From a bacterium (GTDB lineage Bacteria > UBA8248 > JACPRG01 > G963555815), in contig CAUVWX020000001.1 in the NCBI GenBank assembly GCA_963555815.3, positions 736,001 to 800,000 of the forward strand: a stretch of 64,000 nucleotides of DNA, written 5' to 3'. The first letter of the stretch is position 1. Every line of letters begins with the position of its first letter. Under the pieces are notes generated by a model, which worked only from the letters and a program-made list of their open reading frames with translations, was not told where the DNA came from and did no database searches. The position numbers and the translations under genes are program-made. Below, one piece after another: positions 20,447 through 29,123 of this stretch.

Positions 20447-21300
20447 GAGCTGACTTCCTGGGGAGGACTGTGATGGGCGCTAGCCCCTTGAAAATTTTTA
20501 GCCTGACGGCCTCCCTCCTCCTCGGTCTTCTTTGGGGATCGGAGGTGTCGCTTGCGGGCCTCACCCCCGAGCAAGTCGAGCTGGTGCCCCTGACAGTCAG
20601 GGAACTGGTCCTGGACCCCCGCAGCAACCAGCCCGTCCTCCTTCTCCATGACGAGGACGGCGATCGAGTCCTTCCCGTGTGGATAGGGACCTCTGAGGCC
20701 AACGCCATTATGCTCGAGCTGAGGAACGTCACCACGCCTCGGCCCATGACTCATGACCTCATCAGGAACATCCTTGAGGGGGTGGACGCCGAGGTGGTCC
20801 GGGTCGTCATCCACGATGTCCGGCAGAGCACCTACCTCGGCCAGATCGTCCTTGAGGTGGAGGAGTCTGAGGTCATCGTGGACAGCCGCCCGAGCGACGC
20901 CATCGCCCTTGCTCTCCGCGTTAAGGCGCCCATCTTCGCCTCAACCAAGGTCCTCAACCGGGCCCAGCAGCTGGAGGAATTCCAGGCCATTCGAACGAAC
21001 GTCCTCGGGAAATATGGCTTGACCCTGCAGGAGCTGACGCCGGACTTGGCGAGCCACTTCAAGGGGGTGGAGCCGGGAGGCATCCTTGTGGCCGATGTGC
21101 GCACAAATAGCAGCGCCTCTCGGGATGGCCTGAGACGCGGGGACCTCATTCACCGCGTGAACGAAGCGCAGGTTGCCAGTGTGGAGGAATTTCTCCAGGC
21201 TCTAAGCGTGGCTCAAGAGACCGGGAGCGTAGAGTTCGCCTTCTCGCGGGACGACCGTCTCCACACCATTGCCATAACGGATGTGGCCGATCTCCAGTAG
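20443..21300 (+). CDS. bifunctional nuclease (DUF151/BFN) domain + PDZ, with a hydrophobic N-terminus
   Basis: LPVWIG..EANAI, RPMTHDL, DSRPSDAIALALR; C-terminal GLTLQELT..GLRRGDLI PDZ. Confidence 0.85.
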   Translation: MRADFLGRTVMGASPLKIFSLTASLLLGLLWGSEVSLAGLTPEQVELVPLTVRELVLDPRSNQPVLLLHDEDGDRVLPVWIGTSEANAIMLELRNVTTPRPMTHDLIRNILEGVDAEVVRVVIHDVRQSTYLGQIVLEVEESEVIVDSRPSDAIALALRVKAPIFASTKVLNRAQQLEEFQAIRTNVLGKYGLTLQELTPDLASHFKGVEPGGILVADVRTNSSASRDGLRRGDLIHRVNEAQVASVEEFLQALSVAQETGSVEFAFSRDDRLHTIAITDVADLQ

Positions 21301-21386
21301 CGGGATTTGCTTCGCCTAGAACAGGGTCGAGCTGACCCTGATTCTATTCGAGGAGTTTTTGGGGCCTTTGTCTCACCCTTGACGAT

Positions 21387-21866
21387 ATGCGCGTCCTTTT
21401 TGTCTGCACAGGGAATTTATGTCGAAGCCCTCTGGCTGAGGTCGCCCTGAAAAGGATCCTCCAGACGGCGGGGAAGAACGACGTTCAGGTCTCCTCGACA
21501 GGCGTCTGGGCCGGGAAGGGACTTCCTCCCCCTGAGGAGGCGATCCAGGTGGCCCAGGAGATGGAACTGGATCTCTCGACCCACCTCTCTCGCCCCATTT
21601 CAGAGGACCTTGTCAGATCGGCGGATTGGATTCTCGTCATGGCCCCCGAGCACGAAGAAGATCTCAGGGACCATTATCCGAACCTCGCGTGTCGCGTCGA
21701 GGGGCTTGCCGCCTACTTGGCCGAAGGGAAAATTTTGGCCATCCCCGATCCCTTGGGCTATCCCCTGAAGGTCTACCGGGCGTGCTATGACCAGATCGAG
21801 CGGGCCGTACGCGCCTTTTTTGAGCAGGAACTTGACGCCACGCCTGGCAAGGGCCAAAGGGCATAA
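21387..21866 (+). CDS. low-molecular-weight protein tyrosine/arginine phosphatase
   Basis: VLFVCTGNLCRSP, IPDP. Confidence 0.92.
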   Translation: MRVLFVCTGNLCRSPLAEVALKRILQTAGKNDVQVSSTGVWAGKGLPPPEEAIQVAQEMELDLSTHLSRPISEDLVRSADWILVMAPEHEEDLRDHYPNLACRVEGLAAYLAEGKILAIPDPLGYPLKVYRACYDQIERAVRAFFEQELDATPGKGQRA

Positions 21867-21869
21867 AAA

Positions 21870-22793
21870 ATGCCTCTTCAGAGCGTGACGATCCGCGTCC
21901 CGGCCACGGCCGCAAACCTGGGGCCGGGTTTTGACAGCCTGGGGATTGCGCTGTGCCTCTACAACCATGTCACCCTCGAGGTTTCCCAGGCGGACTCCAT
22001 TGAGGTCAGCGGAGAGGGGGCCGGGAGCCTCCCTCGAGACAAGAGCAACATTGTGGCAAAGGCCGTGGCGGAAGTCTTTGGCCAGACGGGACGAGAGCGG
22101 CCAGCCCTCCATCTCAGGCTTGAGAACGAGATCCCGCTTGCCCGGGGCCTGGGGAGCAGCGCAGCGGCACGGGTCGGAGCCATCCTGGCCGCGCGTCACT
22201 TCCTTGAGGGACCCACCGACCCCCCCTCCCTCATTCCCCTGGCAGCCTCCCTGGAGGGGCACCCGGACAATGTGGCGCCCGCCCTCTTGGGGGGACTCAT
22301 CGTTGTGGCGGAGGGAAAAGAGGGGATCCATTGGAGCCAGGCCCCTCTCTCTCCTGCCGTTCGTTTTGTGGTCGCTGTCCCTGAATTTGAGGTCTCCACC
22401 CAAAAGGCCCGCCAGGCCCTTCCAGAGAGCGTCCCCTTTGAGGATGCTGTCTTCAATCTCCAGCGGACAGCGCTACTGGTGACGGCCCTGGGCCAAGGGC
22501 AAGGGGCTCTCATCGGCAGGGCCATGGAGGACCGCCTCCATCAACCCCACCGGGCCCATCTCATGGGGCCCCTCGAAGAGGTCTTTCGGGCGGCGAGGGA
22601 GGCCGGGGCCGCCGGGGTCGCCCTCAGCGGCGCGGGGCCGAGCGTCCTGGCACTTTCAACGGGCGGGGATGGCCCTCCAAAGACTATCGGGGAGGCCATG
22701 AGGGAGGTCTACAAGTCCCGTGGGATTAAGTGTCGAAGCCTCGTCCTCGATGTGGACCGCGAGGGGGCAAAGATTCTGGCGGAGGAGAAATGA
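21870..22793 (+). CDS. thrB: homoserine kinase
   Basis: VPATAANLGPGFD, IPLARGLGSSAA, EGHPDN, LHQPHR, LSGAGPS. Confidence 0.95.
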   Translation: MPLQSVTIRVPATAANLGPGFDSLGIALCLYNHVTLEVSQADSIEVSGEGAGSLPRDKSNIVAKAVAEVFGQTGRERPALHLRLENEIPLARGLGSSAAARVGAILAARHFLEGPTDPPSLIPLAASLEGHPDNVAPALLGGLIVVAEGKEGIHWSQAPLSPAVRFVVAVPEFEVSTQKARQALPESVPFEDAVFNLQRTALLVTALGQGQGALIGRAMEDRLHQPHRAHLMGPLEEVFRAAREAGAAGVALSGAGPSVLALSTGGDGPPKTIGEAMREVYKSRGIKCRSLVLDVDREGAKILAEEK

Positions 22794-23209
22794 GCGCAAG
22801 ATCTTTTGAGATCACAGTCTCGACCCGAGGCTTTGGCGAGCCCCATGACCTAACCGATGAGGTGGCCCGACGGCTCAAAGAGAGCGGGCTTCAGGCCGGG
22901 ACCGTCACCGTCTTCGTCCCGGGCTCGACTGCAGGGGTGACGACCATAGAGTATGAAGACGGCGCCCTGAAGGACCTCGAGGAGGCTTTTTGTCGGATGG
23001 CCCCCCAGGACATCCCCTACGCCCATGACGCCAGGTGGGGGGACGGGAACGGCTTCGCCCACGTCCGGGCGGCGCTCCTCGGCCCCTCCGTCGCCGTCCC
23101 CTTTCAGAATGGCTTTTTGCTCCTTGGCACCTGGCAGCAGATTGTCCTCCTCGACTTCGACAACCGGCCGAGAAGGCGGCGGGTCATCTTTCAAGTCGTA
23201 GGGGAATAA
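22790..23209 (+). CDS. yjbQ: YjbQ family protein
   Basis: GSTAGVTTIEYE, NGFAHVRAAL, LGTWQQI..DFD. Confidence 0.9.
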   Translation: MSARSFEITVSTRGFGEPHDLTDEVARRLKESGLQAGTVTVFVPGSTAGVTTIEYEDGALKDLEEAFCRMAPQDIPYAHDARWGDGNGFAHVRAALLGPSVAVPFQNGFLLLGTWQQIVLLDFDNRPRRRRVIFQVVGE

Positions 23210-23247
23210 ACTAGCTTTTCTGAGGATCATCTTTTTTACAGAGCGTT

Positions 23248-23282
23248 AAAAAGCCCCGCCGAAGTTTCGGAGGGGTTTTTTT
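23248..23282. terminator. bidirectional intrinsic terminator
   Basis: AAAAAGCCCC..GGGGTTTTTTT between convergent genes. Confidence 0.6.
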
Positions 23283-23291
23283 CATGCAGAA

Positions 23292-23323
23292 ACGCCCTGA
23301 AGTTTTCGTAACCTTCAGGGCGT
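23292..23323 (-). terminator. hairpin terminator after secreted protein copy 1
   Basis: ACGCCCTGAAG-N10-CTTCAGGGCGT; identical at 25219-25250. Confidence 0.6.
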
Positions 23324-23400
23324 CTGATATGGGGGCCCGGACCAGCGAGGGGGGCGAACTTCAAGAGGCCCCTGCCTCATCCGGTCCGGGTGGGGAGCCG

Positions 23401-23700
23401 TTAGCCTGAGAGACCCCGAGTAAGGGTCGCCATCTCCTTGGCGATGTTTCCCCGGAGACCTTGGAAAGTTTCGAAGGTTTTCTGGTTTCTCTCGTAGTCC
23501 GTTGGCACCGAGCCATACAGGGGGTGCCACAGGAGGGGCTTCTGGACTGAAGCTGTCTCGCTGGGGACGTAGTTCTCAGAGTCGATCGTGTTCACGGCGC
23601 CAGGGGTAGTGTGCCCCTTGAGGTCAACGGCGAGGGCCGGAGCCACGGACACCATGCTGATCGCGGCTGCCAGAGCAATACCAGTCAGAAAGCGCTTCAT
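23401..23700 (-). CDS. small secreted protein of unknown function (1 TIDSENYVP module)
   Basis: RBS AAAGGAG; Sec signal MKRFLTGIALAAAISMVSVAPALA; paralogue at 25331-25705. Confidence 0.85.
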   Translation of the reverse strand: MKRFLTGIALAAAISMVSVAPALAVDLKGHTTPGAVNTIDSENYVPSETASVQKPLLWHPLYGSVPTDYERNQKTFETFQGLRGNIAKEMATLTRGLSG

Positions 23701-23858
23701 TTCGAGTTCTCCTTTCGTGCCCCCTTCATGGGGGCGTTGGGTTTTTTTCCACCACCGGACGATTAACCTGATTTGGGGTCCTGGCCTTGGGTTCCCTTAA
23801 TGCCCCGGAGCGTTGGGTCGGCAGGGTTTTTATTCTCTGCTTTCCCTTTCATCCAGCT

Positions 23859-23886
23859 TAGACACGGGGGTGGGCAGAAGGGTTCA
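23859..23886 (-). promoter_or_regulatory. putative ECF promoter
   Basis: TGAACCCTTCTG-CCCACCCC-CGTGTCTA; matches the motif upstream of the ECF sigma gene. Confidence 0.65.
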
Positions 23887-24164
23887 GAAAAAGCGGAGGA
23901 AATTTTGCGGGATCCCTTGAAATGGTCCTAGAGGAGAGCTTTCCCGGAAAGGAAGATAACCCCACTCATGGGGGTTTCCCCCTGGGGGGATGGGTGTTAG
24001 GGGTTTCGGTCCTCAAAAGGGGGGGGCTATTTTACGGAGATTCGTCCTACTATGGGATTGAGTGACCTGCCGCTCAAGGCTAGGCGGGACACCAGGAAGG
24101 AGTACTCCCCCGCCTCGACAAAGCAGAGACTGGCTACCCCGCCCGGTATTACGTTAGTGGTGGC

Positions 24165-24269
24165 ATAGATCCCCTTGTCACTTTGCTGGAAGAAAAGGGC
24201 GTGCTAACGAAGGCCGAGGTCTCAGCCAAAATCAAGGAGCTTAAGGAAACAAAGGCGAAGGGGAGTTAG
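24165..24269 (+). pseudogene. start-less remnant of a small helical protein
   Basis: IDPLVTLLEEKGVLTKAEVSAKIKELKE looks protein-like; no start codon with an RBS seen upstream of this segment. Confidence 0.35.
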
Positions 24270-24271
24270 TT

Positions 24272-24961
24272 ATGAGAGCGGCTCTTGTGATCGTTCTAAC
24301 GTCAATCCTATCGACCCTAACACCATTCCTTCCAGCTTGGGGCCAGTCTGAGAGTGAAACCTTCCCGTATGCGCACGATTTTATTTTAAGCCTTTCATAT
24401 GCGAAGGCCGGTTTAGATCACGAACATAACATTCAAAGGCCTACCTATTTGGAGCTTTTGAATACAACCAAGCTCGCAATAGCAGAGTACGAGAAAGCAG
24501 CTCGAACCCTCGAAGAATATACCCACAGCAATAATGAGGTAATTCAAGTGGGATCTGATGGAGCGTTATTAACCTACGTTCAGTTAATTGAAACTGATAG
24601 GGGAATTCTTGCTGAAATTCAGAATCTCTCTCGTTCTGAATCTCCTGCATTTGATTATGGTGCGTTCGTTGACAGCGTTTCCGATCTTATGGTTGAGCAG
24701 GAGCAAGCGTGGAAGAATCTTCTTCCCGCCGCCGTCTCTGTAACCTACGTGCTTAGAGAGAGTTTGGAGGAAGGCGAAGGACTTGATCGGCTAGGCATCA
24801 CAACCGAGGAGAGGGAAGAATTGATTCGCCTCATCGAAATGTCATTTGGTGAATCAGTGAAAGGGGGTCAGAAGGCAAGCCAGGAAGCAGTTGTGGGTGC
24901 GGCCGCTACGCTTTATGAATTTCTGTCACAACCAGGGTGGAAGGGATTAGACGAGGAATAA
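24272..24961 (+). CDS. exported hypothetical protein (AT-richer than flanks)
   Basis: 229-aa ORF, RBS GGGAG, signal peptide ending PAWG; no recognised motif. Confidence 0.75.
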   Translation: MRAALVIVLTSILSTLTPFLPAWGQSESETFPYAHDFILSLSYAKAGLDHEHNIQRPTYLELLNTTKLAIAEYEKAARTLEEYTHSNNEVIQVGSDGALLTYVQLIETDRGILAEIQNLSRSESPAFDYGAFVDSVSDLMVEQEQAWKNLLPAAVSVTYVLRESLEEGEGLDRLGITTEEREELIRLIEMSFGESVKGGQKASQEAVVGAAATLYEFLSQPGWKGLDEE

Positions 24962-25330
24962 CCGCCAATTCGGACGCCTTGATCATCTCCTAAGAATCCC
25001 TGGCGTCTTATCAGGCCAGGGGGCAAGAAACGATGAAAGCGGCGTCAGGATGGAATGGAAAACCCTGTTGCCTTCTTCGCTAAATTCAAGGTGAAGCGAG
25101 AGGACGACCCAAAAGAACGAGTGATTGACGTTGAGGCTAACAGGGAGGACCCGGGGAGTTTTGTGAGGGGAGGGAAGATAGCCCCGCCGAAGTTTAGGGG
25201 GCCTTTTTTCATGCAGAAACGCCCTGAAGTTTTCGTAACCTTCAGGGCGTCTGATATGGGGGCCCGGACCGTAGGGGGGGGCAAGTTCTAATGGGCCCCA
25301 GCCTCATCCGGTCCGGGTGGGAGGCCGTTA

Positions 25331-25705
25331 TTAGCCTTCGGTACTCAGGATCTGAATTGCGGCGAGGTAATCGGCGAATCCGTGAAGGCCGCGGAACGCC
25401 TCGCCGATCTCCATGTCACGCCCCGAGATGGCACCAAAGCGGGGGTGCCAGAGGAGGGGCTGACGGACTGAAGCCGCCTCGCTGGGGACGTAGTTCTCAG
25501 AGTCGATCGTCCCCACGACGCCAAACCTGGTGTCCCACAGAGGGGCCTTTACTTCAGAAGAGGCCTTGGGGACGTAGTTCTCAGAGTCGATCGTGTTCAC
25601 GGCGCCAGGGGTAGTGTGCCCCTTGAGGTCAACGGCGAGGGCCGGAGCCACGGACACCATGCTGATCGCGGCTGCCAGAGCAATACCAGTCAGAAAGCGC
25701 TTCAT
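25331..25705 (-). CDS. small secreted protein of unknown function (2 TIDSENYVP modules)
   Basis: first 46 aa identical to the 23401-23700 product; 28-aa repeat. Confidence 0.85.
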   Translation of the reverse strand: MKRFLTGIALAAAISMVSVAPALAVDLKGHTTPGAVNTIDSENYVPKASSEVKAPLWDTRFGVVGTIDSENYVPSEAASVRQPLLWHPRFGAISGRDMEIGEAFRGLHGFADYLAAIQILSTEG

Positions 25706-25863
25706 TTCGAGTTCTCCTTTCGTGCCCCCTTCATGGGGGCGTTGGGTTTTTTTCCACCACCGGACGATTAACCTGATTTGGGGTCCTGGCCTTGGGTTCC
25801 CTTAATGCCCCGGAGCGTTGGGTCGGCAGGGTTTTTATTCTCTGCTTTCCCTTTCATCCAGCT

Positions 25864-25891
25864 TAGACACGGGGGTGGGCAGAAGGATTCA
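25864..25891 (-). promoter_or_regulatory. putative ECF promoter
   Basis: TGAATCCTTCTG-CCCACCCC-CGTGTCTA. Confidence 0.65.
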
Positions 25892-25944
25892 GAAAAAGTG
25901 GAGAAATTCGGCGAAAGGCCTGAAATGGCCCGCGGGATGAAGAC

Positions 25945-27081
25945 CTAGGACTGGCGCTTTTCCGGAGCGGTGTCGGCCCTGGAGGGCTTGCTCCCCGTGC
26001 TTGCGCGGGCGGCCTCCAGGGGGAAGACGCGATACTCCGCCGAACAGGGGGGGCCATGGCTAAGGTGGAGGGTTCGCTCTGAGAGGTCCATCAGGAGGGA
26101 GCCGACCGATTCGAGCTGCTCGGCGGCGGGGAGATGGAGGTTCGGGTGGCGGCAGATGCTATGGGGGTGATTCATGTGGTCGCGAAAGAGGGCTTTCAGG
26201 GTCTTGAGATCAATCCGCCCGGGCATCTTTCCGCAGATCTCCCAAGCCCGTTGAGATCGGAGGGGGGAGTCCGGAAAGCGCTGGACGCCGACGTCTTGGT
26301 GAGAGAATTCGGGATGGACGAAGTGGTTGCAGTGGACGAGGAGACCTTCTCCCGGCTTCAGGACCCTCACGGCCTCGGGGTCGGCCTCTAGGTCTAAGGC
26401 CTCTCCCTTGGCGTGGGCCAGGAGGTAGTTCCCGGAGGAACAGCGTTGGGCTTCCTCGATGAGTCGCCTCGCTTCAGGCACGCTCTCGGCCCCATAGACG
26501 GCCCGCAGGAGGACGTGGGCCGGGACCCCCACCTGACCCCGGTCGAGGTCTGTCACCATGGCGTTGAAGCAAACTCCGAGGCCTGCGTCATTAAAGCCCG
26601 CCTTGGCCAGGAGACCGGCCTCGACAAAGGTGGCGAAGGCGGGCCTCCCCTCCGGCTCGGCAAAGAGAAGGACCGAGCTCTCCCGGGCCGTTGTCGTCCA
26701 GTCCCAGTTCTGGGCCAGGAGGGTGTGGCCGTCTCGGGTTGCAGCGGGGAGGACGGCGACCGCGGTGCAGCCTTGGAGGCACCCTGCCTTCAAGAGGATC
26801 TCGGTCCGAAGGTTCAGGGCCAGGACGGTCTCCAAAGAGACCCCACTCCCCTCGGCAATCCCCTCAAGTTCTTTCAGAATAGAGGGGTCAAAGGCCTCGA
26901 TGGTGGGCAGGAACTCTCGGGCGAGGCGGCTGGCCGACCGAAGGTCCATTCCGGCATAATGCCGGAAGGAACGCTCGCAGGCCCGAAGGGCAAGTTGGAT
27001 CTGGACCCTGGCCCCCTTGCCATACTGGCGCCCGAGTTCAAAAGGGCTTCCTGAGGCGGAAAGGATGGGAAAGAAGCTCAT
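25945..27081 (-). CDS. peptidase C45 / AAT-family Ntn hydrolase
   Basis: ELEGIAEG, LNLRTE, G|CTAVA autocleavage site, AQNWDW, HCNHF, SICRH. Confidence 0.9.
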   Translation of the reverse strand: MSFFPILSASGSPFELGRQYGKGARVQIQLALRACERSFRHYAGMDLRSASRLAREFLPTIEAFDPSILKELEGIAEGSGVSLETVLALNLRTEILLKAGCLQGCTAVAVLPAATRDGHTLLAQNWDWTTTARESSVLLFAEPEGRPAFATFVEAGLLAKAGFNDAGLGVCFNAMVTDLDRGQVGVPAHVLLRAVYGAESVPEARRLIEEAQRCSSGNYLLAHAKGEALDLEADPEAVRVLKPGEGLLVHCNHFVHPEFSHQDVGVQRFPDSPLRSQRAWEICGKMPGRIDLKTLKALFRDHMNHPHSICRHPNLHLPAAEQLESVGSLLMDLSERTLHLSHGPPCSAEYRVFPLEAARASTGSKPSRADTAPEKRQS

Positions 27082-27235
27082 CGAAGAGATCCCTTGACCG
27101 AGGTGGCTGATCCGCCCCTAGTATATCACCGCCCCCGTGAAGGGGCCGAAGGGGCCTGAAGCCTTCAGGCTCTTCGACTGGAACAAGATGTGTTCATGGG
27201 ATTCCGTTTCTCGGCCGGCGTGGAGGAGTAAAAAG

Positions 27236-27655
27236 ATGGGCCAGGCATTGGTGGATTGGATCCACATCGGCTCCGTGGTCGTAGCAGCCGGGGGAGTCGC
27301 CTTTATCCGCTTCGTCCTCATGCCCGCGGCGAAGGACCTCAACCCCGATTCCGCCAAAACCCTGATGGCGACCGTCTCTCGCAGGTTCCAGGGCGTCCTC
27401 TGGACCGCTATCACGCTCCTGGCTCTGACTGGGGTCCACAAGGTCGTGAACGGCCGTCCGTTGGAGGGGGCCTACGGGGTGTTTCTCCTGACGAAGATCG
27501 TCCTTGCGGCCACCGTCTTCGCCATCGCCTTGGGCACCACCCTTCCCTACCGTTTCCTTGAAGGCATGCAGAAAAATCGCGCCCGTTGGATGATCATCAA
27601 CCTCATCCTCATCGCCGTTATCATCTACTTGGGCATGTGGGTGAAGCAGATCTGA
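27236..27655 (+). CDS. CopD-like/DUF4149-type 4-TM membrane protein
   Basis: WIHIGSVVVAAGG..F, LTG, YG..L..KI.LA pattern; RBS GGAGG. Confidence 0.65.
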   Translation: MGQALVDWIHIGSVVVAAGGVAFIRFVLMPAAKDLNPDSAKTLMATVSRRFQGVLWTAITLLALTGVHKVVNGRPLEGAYGVFLLTKIVLAATVFAIALGTTLPYRFLEGMQKNRARWMIINLILIAVIIYLGMWVKQI

Positions 27656-27724
27656 GACAGCCCCATCAGGTCCGATACGAGCAAGTCCCCCAAGGGACCG
27701 GGCACTTAGGGTGTCAGGGCCTGG

Positions 27725-28972
27725 CTAGGGGGTCCCCGGCACCTGCTCCAGGGTGGGGGCGAAGGTGTGATCTTTTCCGGCGACGAGGATGATCTCCTCC
27801 TCGACAGGCAAATACTCTTGCGGTGGCCTCACCTGGATCACGCGGGTCCCAACAGGGAGAGAAAGTTTTTTGACACTGCAGTGTCTGTTGAGCTCGTTTC
27901 GGTCGATCACGATGCAAGTTCCACGGGGGAGCCGAAAGCGAACAGCGACCAACTCCCTTCGAGGCTGGGATTGCCTGGGGGCTGTTCCGGCCTTTGGGAT
28001 TTTGACCAGGGCCACCTGAATGGAGCGGATCTCCTCCGGTTCCAGGGAGACCTTGATTTTGAAATTCTTATGCCCAGGGGTCTCTATGACGATGCGATGG
28101 GCGCCGGGCAACAGCGAAAGCTCGCGGGGCCGGTCGTAGTAGATCTCCAAGCCCACTCGGACTTTGGCGCCCTCAGGCAGCGGTGGAAACGTCACGGTTG
28201 CTTTTCTTGGAACAGGTTGCCTCGTCCCAGGTGGAGCAGGAGATGAGGCGATATTAGTCCGAGCAGGTTCTTCTAGATCCTCCTTCAAAAGAGTGTCCGC
28301 ATGAAAGCTCCCGTCCCTCACAAATTCTCCGATCATATCGTTGAACGCCAACTGTAGGACTCTTCCATATTCGTCGTCTCGGGCAGAGAGTGCTCTGGAG
28401 GAGTAAGTCCCCCTGTACGTATTTTCCCAAATCACCCTTTTCATCTCTTGATCCACGAAGGCTAAATTGAGGGTAACCCTTCCCTTGAAATCGCCCTTGC
28501 CCGAGACCAGATCGACATCCACATCTACCTGAAATTCCTGGATATTTCCTTCAAGGGCCCACCTTGAGTTTCCGGAAGAGAATCCCTTTGTGCCCAGCAA
28601 TCGGACCATGGTGTCCTGCATGAGAGACTGCGGGTCCTGAGTCAAGACGACCGGGCCGACTGACACCTTTCCAACCTGTTTGATTCCCACGGTTGGGCTT
28701 TGAACACCTTTAAAGCCCTTGATTTCTAGGGGAACGCCGTCCCCCTCATCGGTTATCACGGAATCCGGGACCTGGGGCAACTCTATTTCGACGTAATTCG
28801 GGATGCGGCCCACGCCGTGGGCACAGGCGGAGACAATGACCGTCAGGAGAAGGAGGAGCCCCCCACGTGTCAGCGGATGACGCTTGGTTCGGGAGGAGAG
28901 AAGAGAGGAGCGCCTGGCGGTCTCACTCGCCACATCATCTTTTGGCAGGTGTTCTGCACTTTGGGGTTCCAT
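27725..28972 (-). CDS. lipoprotein (YajG-like N-terminal domain, PEGA-like C-terminal domains)
   Basis: lipobox IVSA-C; LEGNIQEF..VIWENTYRG; LLPGAHRIVIETPGH; start uncertain. Confidence 0.6.
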   Translation of the reverse strand: MEPQSAEHLPKDDVASETARRSSLLSSRTKRHPLTRGGLLLLLTVIVSACAHGVGRIPNYVEIELPQVPDSVITDEGDGVPLEIKGFKGVQSPTVGIKQVGKVSVGPVVLTQDPQSLMQDTMVRLLGTKGFSSGNSRWALEGNIQEFQVDVDVDLVSGKGDFKGRVTLNLAFVDQEMKRVIWENTYRGTYSSRALSARDDEYGRVLQLAFNDMIGEFVRDGSFHADTLLKEDLEEPARTNIASSPAPPGTRQPVPRKATVTFPPLPEGAKVRVGLEIYYDRPRELSLLPGAHRIVIETPGHKNFKIKVSLEPEEIRSIQVALVKIPKAGTAPRQSQPRRELVAVRFRLPRGTCIVIDRNELNRHCSVKKLSLPVGTRVIQVRPPQEYLPVEEEIILVAGKDHTFAPTLEQVPGTP

Positions 28973-29123
28973 CTTTATCGTTCCTAAGGCTTGGGGTTTT
29001 TTGATGGCGCAACCCTCAACCCCCAAAGACGACGAGAAGAGAGAGGTTTCTCCCTTGTCGATGGTGCCTCCTACGAGACCAACGGGGCTCTTTTATCCAT
29101 ACGAAGGTCTGAAAGGCCCCTCT

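Larger units (their letters stand above)
23252..23930 (-). repeat. duplicated cassette copy 1 (promoter + 5'UTR + CDS + 3' hairpins)
   Basis: 23562-23881 identical to 25567-25886 (320 bp); 3' hairpin region also shared with 25181-25330. Confidence 0.95.
25180..25930 (-). repeat. duplicated cassette copy 2
   Basis: see copy 1; contains an additional internal 84-bp module duplication. Confidence 0.95.

Noticed and set aside
23701..23858. Cobalamin or c-di-GMP riboswitch in the duplicated leader
   Set aside because: Only AAGGGAA resembles the cobalamin core; the B12 box and GEMM motifs are absent.
23252..25930. CRISPR array or IS/composite transposon
   Set aside because: Only two long repeats containing a gene; no regular repeat-spacer units, cas genes, transposase or terminal inverted repeats.
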